Below the pieces are notes generated by a model, which saw nothing but the letters and a program-made list of their open reading frames with translations, was not told where the DNA came from and searched no databases. Positions 34,745-43,344 of a stretch of DNA of 64,000 bases are shown here, one piece after another; positions within the stretch are counted from its first letter, which is position 1; each line of letters starts with the position of its first letter. Made by a program: the position numbers and the translations under genes. The DNA is from Escherichia coli (GTDB lineage Bacteria > Pseudomonadota > Gammaproteobacteria > Enterobacterales > Enterobacteriaceae): the NCBI RefSeq assembly GCF_030013205.1, contig NZ_CP122648.1. One strand, 5' to 3'.

Positions 34745-35590
34745 TTATTCATTTAAAGATTCAAGAAATGTCCAGCCTTTATGAGTAACATAATACATTT
34801 GTCCTTTTGCCCCTCTTTCAATCACAAAATCAAAGGATAACAGTTCGTTAAGTGCGCCCTCCCAACGGGCTACCTCTCTAGCCGAACTTCCACCAAAGGA
34901 TTGATTTCCCGCTTGAATATCCGTGCCACCTAAATGCCTTATCACATAAATTGTTCCGCTATCATCGACACATGCTAATTTCAGCAAACTGAGTGCATCG
35001 GCGGACAAATTACTTTCTGGCAAAGATTGACTTGTATTCGCATCAGGAGAATTGTTAATGGTAGATATAAGAGAAGACAAATAAGGGCTACTAGAAATAA
35101 TTATCGAAAGTTGCCTACGGACTTTTTCTTTGAAATCAGATAAGTCATTAAAAGACTCTATCAATCCCTTTTGCATGCACTCAGTTTTGAACAATTTAAG
35201 AGACTCATATTGTTCTCTATCAAGGCTTTCAGGGGCAACAGGCTTTGAGGAAAAGTAAATCATTGCCGGTTTTCCCGCATTCAAATGACGGTGGATTTCT
35301 TCGACTGTTCCGCTGGCCTCGTTCCCAGTCGGTGAGCCTAGACGAGTCCAAAACACACCGATTAATAAATCACAATCTACTAATAATCTTTGATTAATCA
35401 ACTCCTGAGGCCTAACTCCTAATTCGGGTGATGTATGAGTTTCCCATCCAATTGGTGTCAACATTACTTTTGAACGAGCTGAATTTATATCATTCCACTC
35501 ATGGATCATTTCACGAATGACTTGTCTCTCTTCAGCGACATCACCAGGAGAAGCAATCATTACAGGGATAACAGTTGCTGTGTAAGCCAT
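34745..35590 (-). CDS. Two-domain hypothetical protein (281 aa) with DUF4062-like N-terminal domain
   Basis: N-terminus VIPVMIASPGDVAEERQVIREMI...VDCDLLIGVFWTRLGSPTGNEASGTVEEIHRHLNAGKPAMIYFSS matches the DUF4062 pattern (S..D..EER ... CD..I.....R.G ... SGT..E ... GKP); C-terminal ~120 aa unassigned; start 13 nt after recombinase stop. Confidence 0.65.
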   Translation of the reverse strand: MAYTATVIPVMIASPGDVAEERQVIREMIHEWNDINSARSKVMLTPIGWETHTSPELGVRPQELINQRLLVDCDLLIGVFWTRLGSPTGNEASGTVEEIHRHLNAGKPAMIYFSSKPVAPESLDREQYESLKLFKTECMQKGLIESFNDLSDFKEKVRRQLSIIISSSPYLSSLISTINNSPDANTSQSLPESNLSADALSLLKLACVDDSGTIYVIRHLGGTDIQAGNQSFGGSSAREVARWEGALNELLSFDFVIERGAKGQMYYVTHKGWTFLESLNE

Positions 35591-35603
35591 AAACTCTCCA
35601 TAT

Positions 35604-36164
35604 TCAATCGGTAATAGCTGCTACAGTCGCTCTTGAAACGCCATATTGACGCGCTAACGCACTGATACTCAAACCGCTATTCTTTTTCTCTAAAATCTCT
35701 CTACGGGCTTCTGACGCGATTTTAGGAGGTCTGCCCAATTTCTTACCTTCGGCTTTTGCTCGTGATAGTCCCGCCTGAGTGCGCTCAATCAGCAGATCAC
35801 GCTCCATCTCCGCAACCGCGGCGAGCATAGATAATAGCAACTTCCCAGCGGCAGAAGTGAGATCTGTGTTACCAAGCTGGTGGACAAGAACCTTGATATT
35901 ACGGTCAGCCAGCGCCCTTACCGTTTGCAAGACGTCAATCGCATCACGCCCCAGACGATCAAGCTTCGCTACCACCAACGTTTCACCATCGCGGATTTTA
36001 TTGAGCATTTCAGAAAATGCTTTACGTTGCATTGCCGGAACCTTCCCGCTAACAACATCGGCAAACCAGTAATCAATTTGCCACCCAGCCTGCCCAAGCT
36101 CCAGCCGTTGGTTCTCAGTATCCTGCTGCGATGTCGAAACACGTCCGTAGCCAAAAGTTGCCAT
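35604..36164 (-). CDS. Small serine recombinase, resolvase/invertase family (186 aa)
   Basis: ATG at 36164 with SD GGAG; MATFGYGRVSTSQQDTENQ... (catalytic Ser region), ...VAKLDRLGRD..., C-terminal HTH LSISALARQYGVSRATV. Confidence 0.85.
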   Translation of the reverse strand: MATFGYGRVSTSQQDTENQRLELGQAGWQIDYWFADVVSGKVPAMQRKAFSEMLNKIRDGETLVVAKLDRLGRDAIDVLQTVRALADRNIKVLVHQLGNTDLTSAAGKLLLSMLAAVAEMERDLLIERTQAGLSRAKAEGKKLGRPPKIASEARREILEKKNSGLSISALARQYGVSRATVAAITD

Positions 36165-36186
36165 TGTTATCTCCCCATCTGACCCC

Positions 36187-36284
36187 TGCCAGAAAACGAG
36201 GCCAACATTAGGATGGCCTGCCAGAAAAGCCAAGGCTATTTTTCCAACAGTGTGAAAGCGTGCGATTGGGAGGTGCCAGAAAAC
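36187..36284. repeat. Three direct copies of TGCCAGAAAA(C/G) upstream of the recombinase gene (candidate res-like site / iterons)
   Basis: Copies at 36187-36197, 36219-36229 and 36274-36284, 23-120 bp upstream of the recombinase start. Confidence 0.5.
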
Positions 36285-36356
36285 GGTCGTTTGTTGGCGC
36301 TTAAAACGGATAAAGACATGTTAGGCTGAAACCATCACTTCATAAGGACAACCGAA

Positions 36357-36823
36357 ATGATTAAAGACGCGATTTTTCACCGTGCGGTCAATATCGCTAC
36401 TCGTTATCACGAGTCTGGGACGAATCAAAACCATATGCCCTTTTCATAGGGCTAAACCCTTCATACGCCGATGCTGAGAAGGATGATCGCACCTTGAGCC
36501 GCTGCATATCGTTTGCCAAAAGCAGGGGCTACGGTGGCGTATACATGGCCAACCTGTTCGCATTCGTTCACACCCAGCGACATGAAATGATGAAAGCGTC
36601 TGATCCCATTGGCAAAGATAACGATAGCCACTTGATACGTCTTGTTAGCGGTGCCGGACTGGTTGTCGCCGCATGGGGAAATGAAGGAAGACACCTCAAA
36701 CGCTCAACGACCGTCCGACAGCTATTGCCAGAGAGCACAATGTGCTTCGTCTTAAACGCTACAGGTGAGCCGAAGCACCCTTTGTATATGAAAAACGACA
36801 GTGTTCTCATACCTTTAGGTTAA
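36357..36823 (+). pseudogene. DUF1643-family gene disrupted by a +1 frameshift in a T5 run
   Basis: ATG at 36357 reads MIKDAIFHRAVN... to a stop after 30 codons; the -1 frame continues ...SPCGQYRYSLSRVWDESKPYALFIGLNPSYADAEKDDRTLSRCISFAKSRGYGGVYMANLFAF... (DUF1643 hallmark); frames join if one T of 36373-36377 is removed. Confidence 0.65.
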
Positions 36824-36832
36824 CATCGATAA

Positions 36833-36855
36833 CTGCGTTCAGAATATGAACGCAG
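36833..36855. terminator. Perfect 9-bp-stem palindrome CTGCGTTCA-GAATA-TGAACGCAG after the DUF1643 gene (terminator or operator)
   Basis: Inverted repeat directly downstream of the stop at 36823. Confidence 0.4.
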
Positions 36856-37828
36856 CCATATGATATATATGACTTTTCTTTAAAATGATGGTGTGCTAGC
36901 TTCTCTCCTGACACCTACCTCATGCGGTAAACCGGTCCGGGTAGGTGGAGATCACCGCTGTTTAGCGGAAGACGTCAGGATGGGAACTCTGCGTAACGTT
37001 GATTGTGGTAGGTAGGGCGCGCAAGCGTTTGATGCAGCCAAGCAGAGGGTGAAAGTAGCTATCGGCGGATTCTTGAGTAGCTTCTTTTGCGCATAATGCA
37101 TCTTTCAAGAAAGGTCGTCACACCACGAGGAAGACTTGATCTTCATCTGGCAAGGGGAACCGAGCAACCTACAGGCTATCTTCTCAGATGGCCTTATGGT
37201 TGATATGTCCGGCTTCCCCCCCGAGGAAGGGTTTACATCTTAAAGAACAAGTTATGTTTTAACATTTTTAACAATTACACTTCTCTGCTGTTTGGTGTCT
37301 TATGGCGTTGCCGTCAAAAGTAAACCTGCCGTTTTTACCTCTCCTGCGTAACAACCAAATACGAACCAGAAGCTGCTAACGTTCAACGTGTTCGCGGTGT
37401 AAATGCAGCCAGATAAGTTGGGAGCGAAAAAGTGGATGCCCTAGGTTTGGAAGCGCCCCTCTCAGGCATAGCGTCCGAAAATTTCCACGGCGGCAGGCTT
37501 ATCCTTATAGAGCCAAACAGACTCAAAAGTTAAGAAGCGCGGTAAAGCTTAAAGCTCGCCCAGATTTCTCATTGATTGCTCGAACTCCGCTACGCTTGTT
37601 TCAACTGGCTTCGCCAGTCACTCTATGAGAGCGCCGCGAATTCTGCACCATGATTTCGACTACCTTCTTTAAAACACTCGCCAGAGAGCCTTACAGCGCG
37701 TTTGAACCGCATATCGCAGCTTTTGCTTACGGATGACTGTCTGATTAGCAGTAGCTTCATGGCCCAGTCCGGTTTACTTTATTGCTATCAACAAGGGAGC
37801 CGTCCAGAGGCGACGCGGAGATAATGCT

Positions 37829-38161
37829 TTGAGAACCGTCGAGATACTGCAATACACCTTACGCAAAGGCAGCGGTGCCGCTTTTCACGCCATTATGCAG
37901 GAAATCAGTGTTCCCCTACACCAACGCCACGGGATCGATGTTGTTTCGTTTGGTAACTCTCTGCATGACCCGGACTGCTATTACCTGATTCGCGCCTTTG
38001 TCAGCCCTAAAAGCATGACTACGGTTCTCGACGCTTTTTACGCAAGCGATGACTGGCGCAGCGGCCCGCGCGAAGACATCATTGGCAACATAGAGGCCAG
38101 CATTAAAACAGTGATAAATCTACCATCAGAAAGCGTAGAAGGGCTGCGGGTGCAATCGTAG
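37829..38161 (+). CDS. NIPSNAP/Dabb-like small protein (110 aa, TTG start inferred)
   Basis: ...VEILQYTLRKGSGAAFHAIMQEISVPLHQRHGIDVVSFGNSLHDPDCYYLIRAFVS... resembles NIPSNAP-type ~100-aa proteins; no in-frame ATG upstream. Confidence 0.45.
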   Translation: MRTVEILQYTLRKGSGAAFHAIMQEISVPLHQRHGIDVVSFGNSLHDPDCYYLIRAFVSPKSMTTVLDAFYASDDWRSGPREDIIGNIEASIKTVINLPSESVEGLRVQS

Positions 38162-38293
38162 GTCATCAAGTTTCACCAAACGTGTTTTGAGCGTCTCCAA
38201 ATTCAGCACTATGAAATCCACCACCCTTAATAAAAAACGCGCCAGGAAGCGTCCCAGCGCATTCAAGCATCACTCAACTGAATAGTAACTGAT

Positions 38294-40204
38294 TCAACCT
38301 GTTTGTTTGCCACGCTTTCTTCGCAACGCATCTCTGACAGCATCCAGCCCGTCAGGAATGTTGAATTCCGCTATATCAGGTAACGAAAAATCAATTTTCT
38401 CCACGACTTCAATCATATGAATTGGTTTGAGGTCTTTGCTATATCGCACTTCCGTTTCAGTTTCGCCGCGCACATGCCCAAGTAGCTGCGCTCGTAATTC
38501 TGAGCTAACGCCCTTCTCCTTGAGCAAAGTCGAAACTGAGTGGCGAAAAGAATGGAAAGATTTGCTTCTGTTCCTCTCGAGTTTCAACCGCCCCGCAAGC
38601 AACGATTCATTGAACCATGCGGAAACTGGCCTACCATAGCCTTTTGTTTTATGTGGTTTAAGCTCCGGGAAGAGACGGGTATACCCTGCATCTTTTAAGG
38701 CGTTCACGTAGTCGATGAAACCGAGACTAATCAGCTTTGAATGGAGCGGAATCTTGCGGCGAGCATTAGCATTTTTGAGTTTCTTTCCGCTTTCATTATC
38801 GCTTTCAAGGTTCAAATAATAGACGCCGTCGTCTGCCAGAACATCACTCAGCAGTAACTGAGCGATTTCATTAACTCGCGCCCCCGTCATCAAGCCCAGC
38901 AAAGGTGCCCAATAGTTAAACGGGCAATATTGATGGAATCGCCCTTGCGCATTGCGTTCAACAGTTCCAGCCTCAAACCACGGTAACGAAAAAATCGCTT
39001 TAATTTCATGCGGTTCAAATATGTCAGTGTGATCCTGATCTCGCTCATCTTTATCATCGGATGGAAAAAAGTTTTCGCATGGCGATTTCAGTAGCTTACC
39101 GTCAGCAACAGCCCACTTCATTGCACCATAAATGCCGTTGATATACTTCCTAACGGATTCCTCAGTCATCAATTTATCGCCGCATTCTGCCGCTTTGGCG
39201 ATTAACTGATCCAGCGTTTTCACTCCATATTTAGCTTTGACTAAATTACGGTTTGCTGGGATCGTGCGCAGTTTGCTCTCATAAGCCCGGAGGAAATCGC
39301 GATCAAAATCTTCCAACTGAATGTCACCCATCGCTTCGATCATAAAGCTGAAATAGTTACGGATATCACTTATAGCCGACTCCGATACCTTGCCCTTGCG
39401 CCGATGCTTTAGATATTCAGAGCATAACCACGACAGATTCTTAGTGTAATACTTTCGATTAACATACTCGTTATCGATAGTAGGGGCAGGAGCGGCAAGA
39501 GGCACGGTAGGATGAACACTAGCGACTGGAGGCGTGGTCTTAGCCAGCCAATCAAGCCTTAGGCTTTCTGCATGGACTTTATTGATCAAAAGCGTATCGG
39601 GTTTAATTACCGGCCAACCGGAGGTGAAAAACCAACCGCCTTTAGCGTCGCTTCCGGCAGTTTTGAACACCGAAGCTTCTGAATAACCGTCGCTAATAAT
39701 GTTACGTAAATGTGCTGGTTGCGCAGTGAGTTGCAGATAGCCTTTAGCAACCCCCTCGATACCCTTCTCTTCGCCATAATTAAGAACGTAACTGCCATCA
39801 AGCGGGTCTAGCTCAGCCTCAGAGAGCGCTGCAACATAAAAGCCAGCCTGCCCCGTCGCCAGCCAGAATACGGGCAGATTACGGTTCATCACCGCCTGTA
39901 TTAATTGCGCAACAGGCAACTCAACTGACTGAGCAAAGTTAGAAAGCGAGATCATACCCTCACCAGCAAGCAGCGGGGCGCAGTCACTTAAAGTTCGATA
40001 ATCCAATTGTTCATACTCTTGTAAGGTCTGATACCAGACCGCCAACAGGAGCGCGGACTTCTGCTTTGCTTCATGAAGATCGTGAGTGCCTGTTGAAGTG
40101 TGAATCTCACACTGTCCTGCGTATCGACGAAAACGTTGGGGAATGCTAATGCGGACAACATAAATGCCGCTGGTTCGACGATAGAGTTTATATCGCTGAG
40201 ACAT
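38294..40204 (-). CDS. Large tyrosine recombinase / integrase (636 aa from first ATG; 650 aa from TTG at 40246)
   Basis: C-terminal catalytic region ...GARVNEIAQLLLSDV...HSFRHSVSTLL...LLGH...EVRYSKD (R, H-x-x-R, H, Y); start adjacent to the 3' end of tRNA-Leu, same orientation. Confidence 0.85.
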   Translation of the reverse strand: MSQRYKLYRRTSGIYVVRISIPQRFRRYAGQCEIHTSTGTHDLHEAKQKSALLLAVWYQTLQEYEQLDYRTLSDCAPLLAGEGMISLSNFAQSVELPVAQLIQAVMNRNLPVFWLATGQAGFYVAALSEAELDPLDGSYVLNYGEEKGIEGVAKGYLQLTAQPAHLRNIISDGYSEASVFKTAGSDAKGGWFFTSGWPVIKPDTLLINKVHAESLRLDWLAKTTPPVASVHPTVPLAAPAPTIDNEYVNRKYYTKNLSWLCSEYLKHRRKGKVSESAISDIRNYFSFMIEAMGDIQLEDFDRDFLRAYESKLRTIPANRNLVKAKYGVKTLDQLIAKAAECGDKLMTEESVRKYINGIYGAMKWAVADGKLLKSPCENFFPSDDKDERDQDHTDIFEPHEIKAIFSLPWFEAGTVERNAQGRFHQYCPFNYWAPLLGLMTGARVNEIAQLLLSDVLADDGVYYLNLESDNESGKKLKNANARRKIPLHSKLISLGFIDYVNALKDAGYTRLFPELKPHKTKGYGRPVSAWFNESLLAGRLKLERNRSKSFHSFRHSVSTLLKEKGVSSELRAQLLGHVRGETETEVRYSKDLKPIHMIEVVEKIDFSLPDIAEFNIPDGLDAVRDALRRKRGKQTG

Positions 40205-40294
40205 CGCCTCGTATACCCTTTTGTAAGAGGGGCTACGCGATTTCAAGCAAAATTATGGATTAAATTGTTTTAAAACAACGACTTAGATAAGACT

Positions 40295-40379
40295 TGGTGC
40301 CGAAGGCCGGACTCGAACCGGCACGTATTTCTACGGTTGATTTTGAATCAACTGCGTCTACCGATTTCGCCACTTCGGC
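40295..40379 (-). tRNA. leuX: tRNA-Leu (CAA anticodon), leuX
   Basis: Reverse complement reads GCCGAAGTGGCGAAATCGGTAGACGCAGTTGATTCAAAATCAACCGTAGAAATACGTGCCGGTTCGAGTCCGGCCTTCGGCACCA with long variable arm and CCA end. Confidence 0.95.
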
Positions 40380-40574
40380 ACTGAAGAGGTATGCGGAAAA
40401 CGTTGTGGATTATACCTGTCGCACGCCACCATGCAAGCGCCAGCTTGCACCCACCTCGCTAAGTGCTGAAATTTTCAGCATTACACTCAGCGATATGTAA
40501 CCTTTGTCACACTCCAGGCACCCCGCCCTGCCATGCTCTACACTTCCCAAACAACACCAGAGAAGGACCCAAAA

Positions 40575-41594
40575 ATGTCGATGATAAAAAGCTATGCCGC
40601 AAAAGAAGCGGGCGGCGAACTGGAAGTTTATGAGTACGATCCCGGTGAGCTGAAGCCACAAGATGTTGAAGTGCAGGTGGATTACTGCGGGATTTGTCAT
40701 TCCGATCTGTCGATGATCGATAACGAATGGGGATTTTCACAATATCCGCTGGTTGCCGGGCATGAGGTGATTGGGCGCGTGGTGGCACTCGGGAGCGCCG
40801 CGCAGGATAAAGGTTTGCAGGTCGGTCAGCGTGTCGGGATTGGCTGGACGGCGCGTAGCTGTGGTCACTGCGACACCTGTATTAGCGGTAATCAGATCAA
40901 CTGCGAGCAAGGTGCGGTGCCGACGATTATGAATCGCGGTGGCTTTGCCGAGAAGTTGCGTGCGGACTGGCAATGGGTGATTCCACTGCCAGAAAATATT
41001 GATATCGAGTCCGCCGGGCCGCTGTTGTGCGGCGGTATCACGGTCTTTAAACCACTGTTGATGCACCATATCACTGCTACCAGCCGCGTTGGGGTAATTG
41101 GTATTGGCGGGCTGGGGCATATCGCTATAAAACTTCTGCACGCAATGGGATGCGAGGTGACGGCCTTTAGTTCTAATCCGGCGAAAGAGCAGGAAGTACT
41201 GGCGATGGGTACCGATAAAGTGGTGAATAGCCGCGATCCGCAGGCACTGAAAGCCCTGTCGGGGCAGTTTGATCTCATTATCAATACTGTGAACGTCAGC
41301 CTCGACTGGCAGCCTTATTTTGAGGCGCTGACCTATGGCGGTAATTTCCATACGGTCGGTGCGGTTCTCACGCCGCTGTCTGTTCCGGCCTTTACGTTAA
41401 TTGCGGGCGACCGCAGCATCTCTGGTTCTGCTACCGGCACGCCTTATGAGCTGCGTAAGCTGATGCGTTTTGCCGCCCGCAGCAAGGTTGCGCCGACCAC
41501 CGAACTGTTCCCGATGTCGAAAATTAACGACGCCATCCAGCATGTACGCGATGGTAAAGCGCGCTACCGCGTGGTCCTGAAAGCCGACTTCTGA
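40575..41594 (+). CDS. ahr: Ahr (YjgB) NADPH-dependent aldehyde reductase, Zn-dependent alcohol dehydrogenase family (339 aa)
   Basis: ATG at 40575: [53 protein letters not shown]...; GHEVIG and GIGGLGH motifs. Confidence 0.93.
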   Translation: MSMIKSYAAKEAGGELEVYEYDPGELKPQDVEVQVDYCGICHSDLSMIDNEWGFSQYPLVAGHEVIGRVVALGSAAQDKGLQVGQRVGIGWTARSCGHCDTCISGNQINCEQGAVPTIMNRGGFAEKLRADWQWVIPLPENIDIESAGPLLCGGITVFKPLLMHHITATSRVGVIGIGGLGHIAIKLLHAMGCEVTAFSSNPAKEQEVLAMGTDKVVNSRDPQALKALSGQFDLIINTVNVSLDWQPYFEALTYGGNFHTVGAVLTPLSVPAFTLIAGDRSISGSATGTPYELRKLMRFAARSKVAPTTELFPMSKINDAIQHVRDGKARYRVVLKADF

Positions 41595-41723
41595 TCCCTT
41601 TGCCGGGAGCCTGTCGCCCGGCACTTAAATCTCTTTGGAAGGCGTCTCGCAATCTGCTGAATTTAGCGGTGAAGAGTGCACAGCCGTTGCCTATACTCCA
41701 GGCAGGAAACTGGAGGAAATCTC

Positions 41724-43226
41724 ATGAGCGAACCCCTGTTAATTGCCCGCACGCCGGACACAGAACTGTTTTTACTGCCGGGAATGGCTAACCGTCACGG
41801 GCTGATTACTGGCGCAACGGGGACGGGTAAAACTGTCACGCTGCAAAAACTGGCGGAGTCTCTATCGGAAATCGGCGTGCCGGTGTTTATGGCCGATGTG
41901 AAAGGCGATCTGACCGGTATCGCGCAGGCAGGAACGGCGTCGGAAAAACTGCTCGCAAGGCTTAAAAATATCGGCGTAAATGACTGGCAACCGCATGCTA
42001 ATCCGGTGGTGGTGTGGGATATCTTTGGCGAGAAAGGCCATCCGGTGCGGGCGACGGTTTCGGATCTGGGGCCGCTGTTGCTGGCGCGGCTGTTGAATCT
42101 CAACGATGTGCAATCTGGCGTGCTGAATATCATCTTCCGAATTGCTGACGATCAGGGGCTGTTACTGCTCGACTTTAAAGATCTGCGGGCGATTACCCAG
42201 TACATCGGCGATAACGCCAAATCTTTCCAGAATCAGTACGGAAATATCAGTAGCGCATCGGTTGGTGCCATCCAGCGCGGGCTGTTGTCGCTGGAACAGC
42301 AAGGCGCAGCACACTTCTTTGGTGAGCCGATGCTGGATATCAAAGACTTGATGCGCACCGATGCCAACGGTAAAGGCGTTATTAATATCCTCAGCGCCGA
42401 GAAGCTTTATCAGATGCCGAAACTGTACGCCGCCAGCCTGCTGTGGATGATTTCAGAGTTGTATGAACAATTGCCGGAAGCGGGCGATCTGGAGAAGCCA
42501 AAACTGGTGTTTTTCTTCGACGAAGCACATCTGCTGTTTAACGATGCACCGCAGGTACTGCTGGATAAGATTGAGCAGGTGATAAGGCTTATTCGCTCAA
42601 AAGGCGTGGGCGTCTGGTTCGTTTCGCAAAACCCGTCTGATATTCCGGATAATGTGCTCGGCCAGCTCGGTAATCGCGTTCAGCACGCTTTGCGGGCTTT
42701 TACGCCAAAAGATCAGAAAGCGGTAAAAGCTGCGGCGCAAACCATGCGGGCCAATCCGGCGTTTGATACCGAAAAGGCAATCCAGGAACTGGGGACCGGC
42801 GAGGCGTTAATCTCGTTTCTCGATGCAAAAGGAAGTCCTTCTGTGGTGGAACGGGCGATGGTGATTGCGCCTTGTTCGCGGATGGGACCGGTGACGGAAG
42901 ATGAGCGCAATGGCTTGATTAACCACTCCCCGGTGTATGGCAAGTACGAGGATGACGTGGACCGGGAATCCGCCTATGAGATGTTGCAAAAAGGCGTACA
43001 GGCGAGTATTGAACAGCAAAATAATCCTCCAGCGAAAGGGAAAGAGATAGCGGTAGATGACGGCATTCTTGGTGGATTGAAGGATATTTTGTTCGGCACT
43101 ACCGGACCACGCGGCGGGAAGAAAGATGGTGTGGTGCAGACAATGGCCAAAAGCGCCGCTCGCCAGGTGACGAATCAGATTGTACGCGGGATGTTGGGGA
43201 GTTTGCTGGGAGGGAGAAGAAGGTAA
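41724..43226 (+). CDS. yjgR: YjgR, DUF853 P-loop NTPase (500 aa)
   Basis: ATG at 41724: [43 protein letters not shown]... Confidence 0.9.
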   Translation: MSEPLLIARTPDTELFLLPGMANRHGLITGATGTGKTVTLQKLAESLSEIGVPVFMADVKGDLTGIAQAGTASEKLLARLKNIGVNDWQPHANPVVVWDIFGEKGHPVRATVSDLGPLLLARLLNLNDVQSGVLNIIFRIADDQGLLLLDFKDLRAITQYIGDNAKSFQNQYGNISSASVGAIQRGLLSLEQQGAAHFFGEPMLDIKDLMRTDANGKGVINILSAEKLYQMPKLYAASLLWMISELYEQLPEAGDLEKPKLVFFFDEAHLLFNDAPQVLLDKIEQVIRLIRSKGVGVWFVSQNPSDIPDNVLGQLGNRVQHALRAFTPKDQKAVKAAAQTMRANPAFDTEKAIQELGTGEALISFLDAKGSPSVVERAMVIAPCSRMGPVTEDERNGLINHSPVYGKYEDDVDRESAYEMLQKGVQASIEQQNNPPAKGKEIAVDDGILGGLKDILFGTTGPRGGKKDGVVQTMAKSAARQVTNQIVRGMLGSLLGGRRR

Positions 43227-43318
43227 GTCAGGCGCGATCTGTCCCCCTCACCCTAACCCTCTCCCCAAAGGGGCGAGGGGACCGATCGAACTCGTATTTG
43301 ACTTTATCAACAATGTGA

Positions 43319-43338
43319 AAGGGAGCTTTCGCTCCCTT
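43319..43338. terminator. Bidirectional terminator hairpin between yjgR and lptG (AAGGGAGC-TTTC-GCTCCCTT)
   Basis: Perfect 8-bp inverted repeat between convergent stops. Confidence 0.55.
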
Positions 43339-43344
43339 GCTTGG

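Noticed and set aside
36856-37828. Retron or CRISPR interpretation of the ORF-free structured segment
   Set aside because: No reverse transcriptase gene adjacent and no regularly spaced direct repeats; kept only as a generic structured-RNA or decayed-gene candidate.
38294-40246. Equating the 636/650-aa integrase with the K-12 P4-like integrase intB
   Set aside because: Size and N-terminal sequence do not look like a ~400-aa P4-type integrase as recalled; treated as a distinct tyrosine recombinase of a separate element.
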